Positions 30,635-43,072 of a stretch of 64,000 nucleotides of DNA are shown here, piece by piece. Under the pieces are notes generated by a model that ran no database searches, had not been told where the DNA came from, and saw only the letters and a program-made list of their open reading frames with translations. Within the stretch, counting starts at the first letter, position 1; every line of letters starts with the position of its first letter. Source of the stretch: an uncultured Gemmatimonadaceae bacterium (GTDB lineage Bacteria; Gemmatimonadota; Gemmatimonadetes; Gemmatimonadales; Gemmatimonadaceae). Made by a program: the position numbers and the translations under genes. Location of the stretch: the NCBI GenBank assembly GCA_963829055.1, contig CAWHHI010000016.1, positions 1 through 64,000 on the forward strand, written 5' to 3'.

Positions 30635-31811
30635 ATGAAAGCGACATGCTGGATGGGACCGCAAAAGATGGTCGTAAAGGAGGTCCCGGATCCGAAAATT
30701 CTCAATCAACGGGACTGCATCGTGAAGATCACGTCCACCGCGATCTGCGGGTCGGACCTGCATCTCTACAACGGGTTCCTGCCCATGATGGAGCCGGGTG
30801 ACATCATGGGCCACGAATTCATGGGCGAGGTCGTCGAAGTCGGGCGCGATGTGAAGAAGGTTCGCAAGGGCGATCGTGTGGTGGTGCCGTTCCCGATCGC
30901 GTGCGGCGCGTGCGGCGCGTGTGCCGCTCAGGCATACTCGTTATGCGAGAACTCGAACCCCAACGCCTGGATCGCCGAAAAGATGCTCGGCCATTCTCCA
31001 TCGGGGATCTTCGGGTACTCGCACCTGACCGGCGGATTCGCCGGCGGACAGGCCGAGTATGCCCGCGTGCCGTTCGCCGACGTTGGGCCGTTCAAGGTCC
31101 CGGAGGATCTGACGGATGATCAGGTGCTCTTCCTGTCGGACATTCTTCCGACGGGCTACATGGGGGCCGAGATGTGCGGTATCAAGCCGGGTGACACGGT
31201 CGCGGTCTGGGGCTGTGGTCCGGTCGGCCAGTTCGCGATCGCCAGCGCGTACTTGTTAGGTGCCGAGAAGGTCATCGGCATCGACCGCTTCCCGTACCGG
31301 CTGCAGATGGCGCGGGAACGCGCGGGCGCGGTGACGATCAACTACGAAGAAGTGGACAGCGTACCCGACGTGCTCAAGGACCTGACGGCAGGGCGCGGCC
31401 CGGACCACTGCATCGACGCCGTCGGCGCCGAAGGCCACACGCACGGTGTGCAGTACGTGCACGACCGCGCCAAGCAGATGATGCGCATGCAGACCGATCG
31501 GCCAATCGCGCTTCGTGAGGCCATCAACTCGTGCGCCAACGGCGGAACGGTGTCGGTGATCGGCGTCTACACGGGCTTGATCGACAAGTTTCCGATGAAC
31601 GCGGTGATGAACCGGTCGCTCACGATCAAGACGGGTCAGTGCCACGTGCACCGCTACATGCAGCCACTGCTGGACCGTATTCAGCGCGGCGAGCTCGACC
31701 CGACGTTCATCATCACGCATCACATGCCGCTCGACGATGCAGCCGCGTGGTTACGACATCTTCAACAAGAAGCTGGAGAACTGCGAGAAGGTCGTGCTGC
31801 AAGCCGCATAA
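30635..31811 (+). CDS. Zn-dependent alcohol dehydrogenase (formaldehyde-dehydrogenase-like); frameshift near 31745
   Basis: ICGSDLH, GHEFMG, CGACGAC..C, GCGPVG; true C-terminus [17 protein letters not shown] in the shifted frame. Confidence 0.92.
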
Positions 31812-31814
31812 CGC

Positions 31815-31955
31815 TGTCATTCCGAGCGAAGGCCCGAAGGGCCGGAGTCGAGGAATCGTGGCCGTACCGGTCGATGACCTTCTCTACAGGTACGCTCACG
31901 ATTCCTCACGCGCCCGCCGCTGGCGGGCACCCGGCTTCGCTCGCTCGGAATGACA
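31815..31955. repeat. CGTC/TGTC-type palindromic repeat, second copy
   Basis: TGTCATTCCGAGCGA...GAGTCGAGGAATCGTG...CACGATTCCTC...TCGCTCGGAATGACA between convergent genes. Confidence 0.85.
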
Positions 31956-31966
31956 CGGTATCCGAA

Positions 31967-34451
31967 CTAATCGGTCCGCAGTGCGACGTTCGCGTCCACG
32001 CGTGACGCGCGCATCGCCGGGATCCAGCTCGCCGCGAGCGCGACAACGATCAACGTGACGCCCACGAGCACGAAGACGAACGGGTCTGTCGGTGACACGT
32101 TGAAGAGCAGCGGCTTGACCCATTTGCCGGCCCAGAGCGCGATCCCCACGCCGATCGCGACGCCGATGATCGCGAGACGCAGCCCATCGGTCACCACCAG
32201 GCGGATAACGTCGGTGGCCTGCGCGCCTAACGCACGTCGAACGCCCAACTCGTGCGTCCGCTGCGCCACGTTGTACGAAATGACGCTGTACAGCCCGATG
32301 GCCGCGAGCACGAGCGCCAGCGCGCCGAACGCGACGAACATCGTTGCCCCGAGGTGCCACGAGCGCGTCTGTGAGCCAACGACCTCTCTGAACGGCGTGA
32401 GTGTGATGTACGACGCTCCAGGCATTTCCTTCTGCAGGCGACGCCTGATGGCTTCTTTCAGCTTCACGGCGTCGCCGCGGGTGCGTACGACCAGCCCGCC
32501 GTTCGTCGGGCTGAACTGCGCCGCCGACATGTAGTAGTAGTACCCCGAGTCCGCCGCGAGACCCTGTTCCTTGATGTTCTCGGCGATGCCGACCACGTAG
32601 GTGCACGGCACCGTGTCGCCGCCGACCTTCATACACTGGCCAATCGGGTTCTTGCCTGGCCACAGGACTTTCCCCATCGCCTCGCTCACGACCGCGGCTC
32701 GCGGCGCGTTCACCGCGTCTTCGATGCCGATCCCTCGGCCGGCTATGATGCGGGTGCCGAGGGTCGCGAAGTACTCGGGCGACACGGCATTCAAATCGAA
32801 CTGCCCGAGCCGACTGACTGTGTCGATGCCTTCGACGAAGAGCGAATTGCTCCACATACTCCAGAACGGAATCGTCGCCTGAAGGCTCGCGTTCTGAACA
32901 CCAGTGATGCCTTTCGCTGTTTCAAGGAGGCGTTGGCGCAGCGACACCGTACCTGCGCTGTCGAGTTTCACACCCCGCATGTTGAGTTCGACGAACAGTA
33001 CCGGATCGACGTCATAGCCGAGTCGAATGTTCTGCACGTTTCGGAGGCTGCGGACGAACAGTCCGGCGCCAACGAGCAGGATTACCGATAGCGTCGCCTG
33101 CAGCACGAGCAGGCCTATGCGTGCCTTGGAGCGATGGTAGGTTCCTTCGCGAGCGCCGGCCTTGAGATCGCCCGTGAGATCCGCGCGACCGGCTTGCAGA
33201 ATGGGCGCGAGCCCGGTCAGCAGCCCGACGACGATCGCGGCCGTGGCGGTGAACAGGACCGTGCGGGCGTCGTGGAGTCCGGACGCCGCCTCGCTCTTCT
33301 CCAGCAGCGTGGCGCGCAACGCGGTGCCACCCCAGTGAGCGACGAGCAGGCCCAGGCCGCCGCCTAACACGGCGAGCAGCATGCTCTCCGTGAGCAGCTG
33401 CGACAGCAGGCGGCCGCGGCTCACGCCGAGTGCGAGGCGGAGCGCGATTTCACGCCTGCGGCGCAGTGCACGGGCGAGCAGGAGGTTGGCGACGTTGGCG
33501 CACGCGATGAGAAGGACGATCACTGACACGCCGCCAACCCACGTCGCGACCTTCGCGACATTCGACGCGTTAGGGCCGCGCTCGGCCAGGATGGATCCGA
33601 TGATCGCGCGCGGGCGCATGACCTCGTTTGGCGACGTTCTCTTCTGCTCGACGCGTTGTGCGTCGAGGCTCTTGAGGTACGCGTTCGTGAGGTCGGCGTT
33701 CGCCGCGGCGATCGAGACACCCGGCTTCAGGCGCACCATCGTCGACATCCAACCCCAACTGTACGTCGTCCACCAGTTCGTCTTCGCCCTGAGGAAACCG
33801 GCAGCCGTTGCCGCGTAGCTCGTGAGCGGGATGAACGCCGCTGGTGGCTTGTCCGCCCACAGGCCAACGAACCTCGGGGGCGCGACCCCGATGATGGTGT
33901 AGATCGTGGGGCCGATCTGGATCTGCGCGCCGAGCGCGTCACGGCGGCCGCCGTACTGCATCTGCCACATCGTGTTGCTGAGCACTGCGACCGGCGTTCC
34001 CGGCGGGCGGACGATCCTCGCTCTCGAGGAAATAGCGGCCGAGTGCCGGCGGCGCGTCGAAGAAGCCGAAGAAGTTCGCGCTGACGATCCCGATGCTCAT
34101 CTCACGGGCGGCGTCGCCGACACCGACCGCGACGTCACGTTGCGTGTAGCCGGCAACGTCCGAAAACGCGTGCGTCCAGCGCACGAAATCGGCGTACCGC
34201 GCATACTGGCCGCCTCCCGACACGTTCTCCTTGCCCCGATACGTCTGGAACGTGTAGACCCGATGCGCCGTGGACGGGTCCTTCATCAGGGCCGGGGGCC
34301 GGAAGAGCAGCTGGTCCACGATGCCGAACATCGCGGCGTTCGCACCGATCCCGAGGCCGAGCGTCGCGATGACCGCGATCGCGAAAGCGGGCTTCAGACG
34401 AAGGCCGCGGATGGCGTACTTGAGATCGTGCTTCAGGTTGTCGAAGATCAT
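31967..34451 (-). CDS. Duplicated MacB/FtsX ABC permease (ADOP-like); frameshift near 33990
   Basis: [57 protein letters not shown]. Confidence 0.92.
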
Positions 34452-34516
34452 ATCCCTCTGACACAGGCCGTCGAACAAGGGTTGTCGATTGCCGTCGGTC
34501 CACGAATTCCAAGCTC

Positions 34517-35927
34517 ATGACACTACGTACCGCAGCGACTGCCGCAACCTTCTGTGTCACCCTCTCGATTTCGGCTTCCGGCCAGGTTACCGGTCAGGCC
34601 GCCGTACTGAGCCGGATCGACTCCGTCGTCAAGGCTGAGATGAGTCGCCAGAAGATCCCGGGCGTCGCCGTCGCGATCGTCTCGAAGGGGACGGTGATGA
34701 TGGCGAAGGGCTACGGCGAGGCGAATGTCGAGCATCACGTCGCGGTCACGCCGGAGACGGTATTCGAGTCGGGGTCGGTCGGTAAGCAGTTCACATCGAC
34801 TGCCGTCATGTTGCTCGTCGAAGACGGGAAGATCGGACTCGAGGACCCGATCACGAAATATTTCCCGGACGCCCCCGCGAGCTGGGCTGGCATCACCGTT
34901 AGGCACCTGCTGACGCACACGTCCGGCATTCCTGATTACACGACGGACGCGATGGACTACCGTCGCGACTACACGGAAGACGAGCTGGCGAAGATGGCGT
35001 TCGGACTGAAACCCGAGTTCCCGCCGGGCTCGCGCTGGAACTACAGCAACACCGGGTACGTGTTGCTCGGCATCATCATTCACAAAGCGTCGGGGCAGTT
35101 CTACGGCGACGTGCTTCGCGACCGCGTGTTCGGGCCACTGCAGATGCGTACAGCCCGGATCATCAGCGAAGAAGACATCATCCCGAACCGTGCCGCGGGC
35201 TACCAGCTCGTAAAGGGTGCGCTCAAGAACCAGGAGTGGGTCGCGCCGATGTTGAACACCACGGCGGACGGCTCGCTCTACCTCTCGCTGCAGGACTACA
35301 TCGCGTGGGATCGTGGCCTGCGCGCAGGGAAGATCCTCAAGCCGGCGAGCTGGGCGACGGTCAACACGCCCGTGACGCTCACGAGCGGGAAGCACTACCC
35401 GTACGGCTTCGGGTGGAGCATCGACACGGTCGCAGGGCAGCTTCGCATTCACCACGGCGGCGCGTGGCAGGGATTCCAGACGTACATCTCGCGCTACCTG
35501 GGCGACGACATGACGATCGTCGCGCTCGCCAACCTTGGCGGCTCGCAGCCAGTGGCGATCGTGGATGGCGTCGCCGGCATTCTCGATCCGGCGCTCCGTG
35601 CGAAGCCGCTCGTGCCCATCGAGGATCGCGAGCCGGCGTTGCGGGCGCGGCTGGAGACGGTGCTGGCGGCTACGCGCGACGGGAAACTCTCGCCTAACGA
35701 CTTCGCGTACGTCCGCGCCGGATTCTTCCCGGCGTGCGGCCAAGGCCTATCAGGAGATGCTGAGCGGCGTCGGCACGCCGAACCGGGTGACGCTGCTCGA
35801 CCGAACGGTGCTCGGTGACGATCGCATCTCGGTCTACGACGTGGCGTACGGAGACAAGGTATTCCGCGTTCGCCTCGGACTCGCCCCAGATGACAGGGTG
35901 TCCGTGTTCACGATGCGGCGGCGATGA
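34517..35927 (+). CDS. Secreted serine hydrolase, beta-lactamase-like (frameshift near 35735)
   Basis: GSVGK, LLTHTSG, YSN, HGG. Confidence 0.9.
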
Positions 35928-35934
35928 GGAACTG

Positions 35935-37494
35935 ATGCTGGTTGCCCCCTGGCACTTGCTCGTCGCGTTCGTGTCGGTCGCGGCGCCGCTGCGTGCTGCG
36001 CACGGACAGCCACCGCTACCATCGCCGCTATCGACCTCGTCGCAGGACGAGCCCATCGCCACCACCCGACACGCGGTGACGCTCGACGGGCGAACGCTCC
36101 AATACACGGCGCGCGCCGGTCGCATACCGATCCGCGACAACGAAGCAGGCGACGTGCATGGGCAGATGTTCTTCGTCTCGTACACGCTCGACCGCGTCGC
36201 GGGTACGGCGCCACGCCCATTGACGTTCGTGTGGAACGGCGGCCCCGGATCCAACTCGGCGCTCGTCCACCTCATTGGTTTCGGACCGAAGCGCATCGCG
36301 CCACCGCGCGGGGCCAGCGCCAGCGATGGGACGCGCTGGGTCGTCGAGCCGAATCCGGGCACGTGGCTCGACGAGACAGACCTCGTGTTCGTCGACCCGA
36401 TCGGCACCGGATATAGTCGGCCCACGCGCGCCGACTATGCGGGAGAGTTCTATCAGAACCGCGGTGATGCCGAATCGGTCGCGGAGTTCATTCGCGTGTA
36501 CCGCACGCGCTACGACGCGTTCGATGCGCCGCTGTTTCTCGCTGGCGAGAGCTTCGGCGTCACCCGGGCGGCGGGCGTCGCGGACGCACTCGAGAGTCGC
36601 GGCACCGAGGTGCGCGGCGTCATTCTGATGGGACTCGCGCTGCCGCTCGGCTCGGCGTCGAATGTGACGCGCATCGCGTTAGGCCTGCCGAGTCAGACGG
36701 TTGCGGCGTTTACGCATCGGAGGCTCGCACCGGAATTGCAGCGCGACATGGCCGCTACCGTCAAGCAGGTCGAGTCGTGGGCCGCGACGGACTACGCGCG
36801 CGCGCTCGCACGGCGCGACAGCCTCAGTCCAGCGGAGCGGGATTCAGTCACGCGAGCGCTCTCTCGATTTACCGGTCTCGCCGCATCGCTGATCGATCAG
36901 CGCACACTCGCCGTCGAAGACATGCAGTTCGCGACGCAATTGCTGCGGGGAGAAGGGAAGTTCGTTGGGCTCTACGACACGCGGAGGCTTGGTCCGCTCG
37001 ACACGACCGACGCGCCGTACGATCCGACCAAAGATCCGAGCCTGCTCAACCTGCTCGACGACGTCACTGTGCTGCGTTATCTGCGCGATGAGCTCGGGTA
37101 CCGGAACGATCTGAAGTACCAGGGTCCATTCGGCGGCGGGTATCCGCCGCCTACGACGTTTCGCGGTGACTGGATGTCTACGAAATGGCGGTGGGCTCCG
37201 GCGGACACCGCGCCAGCTACACAGCCGCCGCAGCAGCCGCTCGAGAGCGCGATGCGAGCGAACCCGTCGCTCCGCGTGTTGATCGGCTGCGGCATCTACG
37301 ATCTCGTCTGTGATTACTTCGGTAACGTGTGGAGGGCGAGCCACCTCGACGCGTCGCTCGCGCGAAACGTTGTCGCTCGCAGCTATCCGGGCGGTCACGC
37401 GATGTACACGGATCCGCGCGCGCACCTCGAGCTCAAGCGCGATGTCGTGCAGTTCATCCGTGATGCGGTAGCGTCGTCGGCGCGTCCGCGCTGA
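35935..37494 (+). CDS. S10 serine carboxypeptidase
   Basis: WNGGPGS, DPIGTGYS, GESFG, GIYD, GGHAMY. Confidence 0.92.
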   Translation: MLVAPWHLLVAFVSVAAPLRAAHGQPPLPSPLSTSSQDEPIATTRHAVTLDGRTLQYTARAGRIPIRDNEAGDVHGQMFFVSYTLDRVAGTAPRPLTFVWNGGPGSNSALVHLIGFGPKRIAPPRGASASDGTRWVVEPNPGTWLDETDLVFVDPIGTGYSRPTRADYAGEFYQNRGDAESVAEFIRVYRTRYDAFDAPLFLAGESFGVTRAAGVADALESRGTEVRGVILMGLALPLGSASNVTRIALGLPSQTVAAFTHRRLAPELQRDMAATVKQVESWAATDYARALARRDSLSPAERDSVTRALSRFTGLAASLIDQRTLAVEDMQFATQLLRGEGKFVGLYDTRRLGPLDTTDAPYDPTKDPSLLNLLDDVTVLRYLRDELGYRNDLKYQGPFGGGYPPPTTFRGDWMSTKWRWAPADTAPATQPPQQPLESAMRANPSLRVLIGCGIYDLVCDYFGNVWRASHLDASLARNVVARSYPGGHAMYTDPRAHLELKRDVVQFIRDAVASSARPR

Positions 37495-39031
37495 TGGTGC
37501 GACAGCGACGACTCCTGCGGGCTGGGCAATGCGTCGTGTTGCTGATCGGCGCAGCTGTGTTGCTGGCGACAGGCAAAGTCAGCGCTCAGGCCGACACCGT
37601 TCCAGGTGTCGCAACGCCGATCGTCACGACGCATCACCGCATCGCGCTCGCCGGGAAGTCAATCGCGTACACGGCGCGCGCAGGCATGATTCCCATCCGG
37701 CACAACGAGACCGGTGAGGCGCGCGGCTACATCTTCTTCGTGTCGTACAGTGTCGACCGTCCGAACGGCCGGCCGCCGCGACCGCTGACGTTCGCCTGGA
37801 ATGGCGGGCCTGGTTCGAACTCGCTGCTCCTGCACCTCGACGCGTTAGGCCCGCGACGGCTGGACGCCGGCGATGGCGTGACGCCGAGCAGGCCGCCAGC
37901 GTTCGAGGACAATCAGGCGACATGGCTCGATCAGACGGACCTGGTGTTCGTCGATCCCATCGGCACAGGCTTCAGTCGTGCCGCGCGGCCCGAGATCGCG
38001 CAGGACTTCTACGGAGTGCTGGGCGACATCGCCGCGACGGTGGAGTTCATCCGCGCGTATCGGACGCGCTTCGACGCGTGGGACGCGCCCGTGTATCTCG
38101 CCGGTGAGAGCTACGGCGTCTGGCGCGCCGCCGGCGCCGCCGAGGCGATGGAGAAGGGCGGCCAGCGCGTCGCGGGGCTCGTGCTCATATCCGGCGGTAT
38201 TCCCCTCGGGCCACTCGCCTCGGACGATGAGCGCGCGGCGTTGTTCATTCCAACACGAACGGCGTCGGCATTCTATCACCGCGCGTTGCCCGCCGACCTG
38301 CAAGGCGATCGCGCACGCGCCCTGGCGGAAAGCGAACGCTGGGCGAAAGAGGTCTATGCGCCGGCACTCGCGCGTCGTGACTCATTGAGCGAGACGGAGC
38401 GGGCGGCAATCATCGCGCAGCTGTCGCGATTCACCGGGTTGGACGCGCGTCTCATCGACAGGAAGTCGCTCGTCGTCGACCGACAGTTCCTGCTCGATCA
38501 CCTGCTCCGCGATCGCGGGCAGGGGACGTTAGGCAGGTTCGATACCCGACAGATTGGAGGCCGCACCTGCGACCGAACGTGCGGTGGAGGCAAAGCGCCG
38601 CGCACTGATCAACCGCTACCTTCGCCGCGAGCTCGGCTTCACCACGGACCTCGTCTACCAGGGGCTCGAGGTCGGCTATTCGTCGTCGCCCAACCCCGAG
38701 AGCGTCGGCGCGCGGTGGCAGTACGACCAGGGTGATCCTACCGTGCCTCTCGTCGTTCGCAACACCGACGGGCCGCCCGGCGGAACTCCACCGTGGCTCC
38801 GCCGCGCGATGGCCATCGACACGTCGCTTCGTGCGTTTGTCGCGACGGGCATCTACGATTCGCTGAACAGTTGCGCGGGCGAACGACTACGTGCTGAGCC
38901 GGCTCCCCGCGACTGACGCCCGGCGGATCACGTTCCGCTGCTACGAGGGCGGACACATGATGTACGAGGACCGCGACGCCCGGTTCAAGCTTCAGCGGGA
39001 CATCGCGCGGTTCTATGCGGGGGATCGTTAA
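37494..39031 (+). CDS. S10 serine carboxypeptidase, tandem paralogue (frameshifted)
   Basis: WNGGPGS, DPIGTGFS, GESYG, GIYD, GGHMMY. Confidence 0.88.
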
Positions 39032-39107
39032 CCGTTCCCGCATCTCAGACGAAGGGGCGAACGGATTGCTCTGATCTTGCGGATGACCGCCTGGCGAGCG
39101 CTGGATC

Positions 39108-40491
39108 TCATCGGGCTGGACGCACCAGCTCCGGCTGCTCCTGGAGTAGCGACGCAATGGTCTCGAGCGCGGTGGTGAGCGCAGCGTGGCTCGTGGCCGA
39201 GCCCAGGCTCACACGCACCGCACGCGATGGGTGCGTCGGGTCCACCGCGAACGCGTCACCACTTGCGACGAGCACGCCACGGCGGCGCAGGGCTTCCACG
39301 AAGTCCGACGCGCGGTCCCACTGACGCGGGAGCTCGAGCCAGTGGTGCAGGGCGTAGGGTGACCCCGCGCTCCGCGGCAATCCGAGCTGCGCGTGAAGGA
39401 TTGTTTGTCGCGCCTGCGACTCCGTGCGGCGCTCGGCGACGATCTTCGTGGCGTCGCCATTCGTGATCCAGCGTGACGCGATCTCCGTCATGAGCGGGGC
39501 GGCGAGCCAGCCCGTCGCCTGCAGGTGCGGCGAGAGCTTCACCGCGAGGGCGGGCGTGGGTGCGACCACGTACGCAGTACGCAGCGCTGGTGTGACGGAC
39601 TTCGAGAAGCTGCTGACGTAGTACGAAAGCTCCGGCAGCAGCGAGGCGAGCGGGCGCGGCGCGTCCGGCACGAGCGGGGCGTACGTGCCGTCTTCGACGA
39701 GCCCCACGCCGCGCTCGCGCAGGATGGCGGCGACGCGACGTCGGCGTCCGACGGACATCACCGACGTCGTCGGATTCTGCAGCGTCGGCGTCGCGAGCAG
39801 CAGCTTCGGGCGATGCACTCGGCAAGCGTGCGCGAGCTCTTCAGGCACGAGCCCGTCGCGATCGAGTCCCACGCCGACGGTGCGTAGACGGAGCAAGCGA
39901 GCAGCCGCCAGGAAGCCCGGATATGTGTGTGCCTCGGTGAGCACCACATCGCCCGGCTCACAGTGGGCAGACAGGACGGAGGTCAGCGCCTGTTGCGCCC
40001 CACCACAGACGGCAAGGCGATCGACCGATGCCGTGATGCCATGCGACGCGCACCACGCGACCCCAGCCTCGCGATGTTCGACGCTGCCGCCCACGGGCGC
40101 GTACGCCAGCAGGGCCGCGAGGGTAGGGGAGCGCCCGATGTCCGCCAGCGAGCGTCGCATCGCGGCGTCGCACGTATCGCTCGGTTCAGGCGGCAGGTTC
40201 ACCGTGAGATCGACGAGCGGAGCGGCGGTGCGCGTCGCGGGCGATGGGCGTGCTCCGCGGACGTACGTACCACGGCCCACATGACCGACGACGAGCCCGC
40301 GACGGCGCGCTTCCGCTGTACGCGCGCGAGACCGTCGTGACATCCACGCCGAGGGTCGCGGCGAGCGCGCGATGCGTGGGCAGTCGAGTGCCGGCGGCGA
40401 GCCGACCGGATTCCGCGTCGTCGGCGATCGCGTCCGCGATGGCGGCGTAGAGCGGTTGTGTGTCGGCGGGGAGCCGAGGGGTCCACGTCAT
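39108..40491 (-). CDS. MocR/GabR family regulator (GntR HTH + PLP aminotransferase domain); frameshift near 40320
   Basis: RLPTHRALAATLGVDVTTVSRAY, GRGTYV, PTLQNPT, SFSK. Confidence 0.9.
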
Positions 40492-40509
40492 GTGCGGCTG
40501 GGCTGGATG

Positions 40510-40553
40510 CATACAACTCGCGATCCATACAAGAAGAACAGAAAACCATACAA
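40510..40553. promoter_or_regulatory. Three CATACAA direct repeats, putative MocR operator
   Basis: CATACAA at 40510, 40526 and 40547 in an AT-rich divergent intergenic region. Confidence 0.65.
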
Positions 40554-40629
40554 TTTGCAAGCAATCGGAGCATTGTCTACGTTGCGTGCATTACTCGCTT
40601 CTCCTCTGAATCGCCGTCCCGAGGACCCG

Positions 40630-42138
40630 ATGACTTCCATGTTCACCCCTGCCGCACATACCCCGACCGACGCGACCGCGCCTTCCGAGTCGGATGTCGT
40701 TCCGCGCGAGCGCTCGCTCGATCCCGAGAACTGGGACACCATGCGCGCGCTCGGTCATCGCATGATCGACGACATGTTCGCGTACCTCACGACGATAGGC
40801 GATGGGCCCGTCTGGCAGCCGCCGACGGAACGCGCGCGCGAGAGCTACCGCGCCGCGCTCCCCCACTCAGCGACGGCGCCGGAACGCATCTACGAGGAGT
40901 ATCAGCAGAACGTGCTTCCCCATCTCATCGGCAACGCGCACCCGCGTTTCTGGGGCTGGGTGACAGGAACGGGAACGCCGCTCGGCATGCTCGCCGATCT
41001 GTTGGCCTCGGGCACGAACGCGCACGCGGCGTTCGGTGACCAATCCGCGACGCACCTCGAGCGGCAGGTCATTAGCTGGTTCACGACGCTGTTCGCGATG
41101 CCCGAGACGGCTGGCGGGTTGCTGGTGTCGAGCGGATCGACGGCGAATCTCACGGCGCTCACCGCGGCGCGCGACGCGATGGTGCCCGGGTTTCTCCAGG
41201 ACGGGAACGCGGGAGCGCCGTGCGTCGTGTACGCGTCGGATGAGGTGCACAACTCCGTCGATAAAGCCGTCGGAATGATCGGACTGGGACGACGAAACGT
41301 TCATCGCGTGGCGACGGACGACGACTATCGCATCGTGCCGGCCGCGCTCGAGCGGGCGATCGCGGAAGATCGTGCGGCTGGTCGCCGGCCGATCTGCATC
41401 ATCGCGACGGCGGGCACCGTGAACACTGGCGCGATCGATGATCTCGAGGCGCTCGCCGCGATCGCCAGGCGAGAGAAGCTGTGGCTCCACGTCGACGGCG
41501 CGTTCGGCGCTTCACTCATTGTCTCATTGCAACTGCGCCATCTCCTGCGCGGGATTGAGCTTGCGGACTCCATCGCGTTCGATTTTCACAAGTGGTTCTA
41601 CGTTCCGTACGACGTCGGCTGCACGCTCGTGCGAGACGAGCGGCATCTGCGCGACTCGTTCTCGCCGCCGGCGGCGTATCTCGCGAAGCTCGATCGTGGT
41701 GTGGTGGGTGGTGGCGTCTCGTACGGTGGACTCGGCGCCGATCTGTCGCGCCGGTTTCGCGCGCTCAAGGTGTGGATGAGCTTCAAGGAGCACGGCGCTG
41801 ACCGATACGGTGAGCAGATCGAGCAGAACGTCGCGCAGGCGAAGTATCTCGCGGGTCTCATCGAGCGTGCGCCGGAGTTGGAGCTCGCCGCACCGGTCCC
41901 GCTCAACATCGTCTGCTTCCGCTACGTTGGCGGCCAGCGCTCCGCCGAAGATGGCGACACCGTCACCCGCGAAATCCTGATGCGTCTCCAGGAACGCGGC
42001 ATCGCGGTGCCATCATCGACGGTGCTCGACGGGCGCTTCGCGATTCGCGTCGCGATCTGTAATCACCGCAGCACGCGCGCGGACTTCGACGCGCTCGTGG
42101 CAGCGGTCCTGGCGATCGGCGCTGAATTGCGACGGTGA
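40630..42138 (+). CDS. Group II PLP-dependent (aromatic amino acid-type) decarboxylase
   Basis: HPRFWG, SGSTAN, HNSVDKA, AGTVNTGAIDD, LHVDGAFG, DFHKW, SRRFRALKVW. Confidence 0.92.
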   Translation: MTSMFTPAAHTPTDATAPSESDVVPRERSLDPENWDTMRALGHRMIDDMFAYLTTIGDGPVWQPPTERARESYRAALPHSATAPERIYEEYQQNVLPHLIGNAHPRFWGWVTGTGTPLGMLADLLASGTNAHAAFGDQSATHLERQVISWFTTLFAMPETAGGLLVSSGSTANLTALTAARDAMVPGFLQDGNAGAPCVVYASDEVHNSVDKAVGMIGLGRRNVHRVATDDDYRIVPAALERAIAEDRAAGRRPICIIATAGTVNTGAIDDLEALAAIARREKLWLHVDGAFGASLIVSLQLRHLLRGIELADSIAFDFHKWFYVPYDVGCTLVRDERHLRDSFSPPAAYLAKLDRGVVGGGVSYGGLGADLSRRFRALKVWMSFKEHGADRYGEQIEQNVAQAKYLAGLIERAPELELAAPVPLNIVCFRYVGGQRSAEDGDTVTREILMRLQERGIAVPSSTVLDGRFAIRVAICNHRSTRADFDALVAAVLAIGAELRR

Positions 42139-42163
42139 CAGTAGTGCCGCTCGTGCTGCTCGG

Positions 42164-43003
42164 TTACCGAGCGGCGCGGGCGGCGGCGACGATCTCGTCT
42201 CGCATTGCCGCGTCAGGCATCGGCTCGTACGCTGCGCGCATGTTGTCGCGCAGGTGGTCGACCTTCGATGTTGCCGGTATGACGCACGTGACCGCCGGGT
42301 GCGAGATCACGAACTTCAGCAGCAGCTGCGCCCACGTGGAGCAGCCGATGTCGGCCGCCAGGCCAGGTAGGGGTTTGCCGCTCAGCCTGCCTAACACGTT
42401 CCCGCCACCGAACGGTCGGTTTACGATGACCGCAATGCCCCGCTCGGCCGCGAGCGGCAGGATCGTGCGGTCCGCCTCGCGTTCGGCGACCGAGTAGTTG
42501 ATCTGCACGAAGTCGACGGGTTCCGCCTCGAGAACGCGAGCCACGTCGTCATGGTGCCCCGCGGTATAGTGCGTCACGCCGACGTAGCGGACGCGTCCCG
42601 CTTCTCGCCAGGCGCGGATGGTTTCGAGGTGAGTCTGCACGTCGACCAGGTTGTGCACCTGCATGAGGTCGACTTGTTGGACGTGCAGCTTTTTCATCGA
42701 CTGCTCCATCTGGTCGGCGCCGCGCTTCTTGCCTGACGTCCACACTTTCGTGGCGACGAAGAGACGGTCGCGGACGCCGAGCTTCGCCATGAGATCGCCG
42801 ATCACTTCTTCGGACCGCCCGTACATGGGAGATGTGTCGATCATACCACCCGGGATTGTGGCGAATTCCGAGAGGCACGTCTCTAGCGTTTCGCGATCGG
42901 CGGCGCCGCGACCGACGTCGAACGTCTGCCAGGTGCCTAGTCCGAGAACCGGAATCGTTTCGCCCGACGACGGGATGGTGCGGGACAATGGTGAGGGTTC
43001 CAT
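42164..43003 (-). CDS. Aldo/keto reductase
   Basis: GLGTW, DTSPMYG, ATKVW, DLMQVHN, IPATS. Confidence 0.93.
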   Translation of the reverse strand: MEPSPLSRTIPSSGETIPVLGLGTWQTFDVGRGAADRETLETCLSEFATIPGGMIDTSPMYGRSEEVIGDLMAKLGVRDRLFVATKVWTSGKKRGADQMEQSMKKLHVQQVDLMQVHNLVDVQTHLETIRAWREAGRVRYVGVTHYTAGHHDDVARVLEAEPVDFVQINYSVAEREADRTILPLAAERGIAVIVNRPFGGGNVLGRLSGKPLPGLAADIGCSTWAQLLLKFVISHPAVTCVIPATSKVDHLRDNMRAAYEPMPDAAMRDEIVAAARAAR

Positions 43004-43072
43004 GCGTCCAGGTTACGTGGTGTATCTCGATGTGACATAGGATGTCGGTGCATTGGCTCTGGCGCTGGTATC

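Noticed and set aside
31745..32005. C-terminal extension of the Zn-ADH through the palindromic repeat
   Set aside because: Caused by a frameshift; the family-typical C-terminus ends at 31811 in another frame
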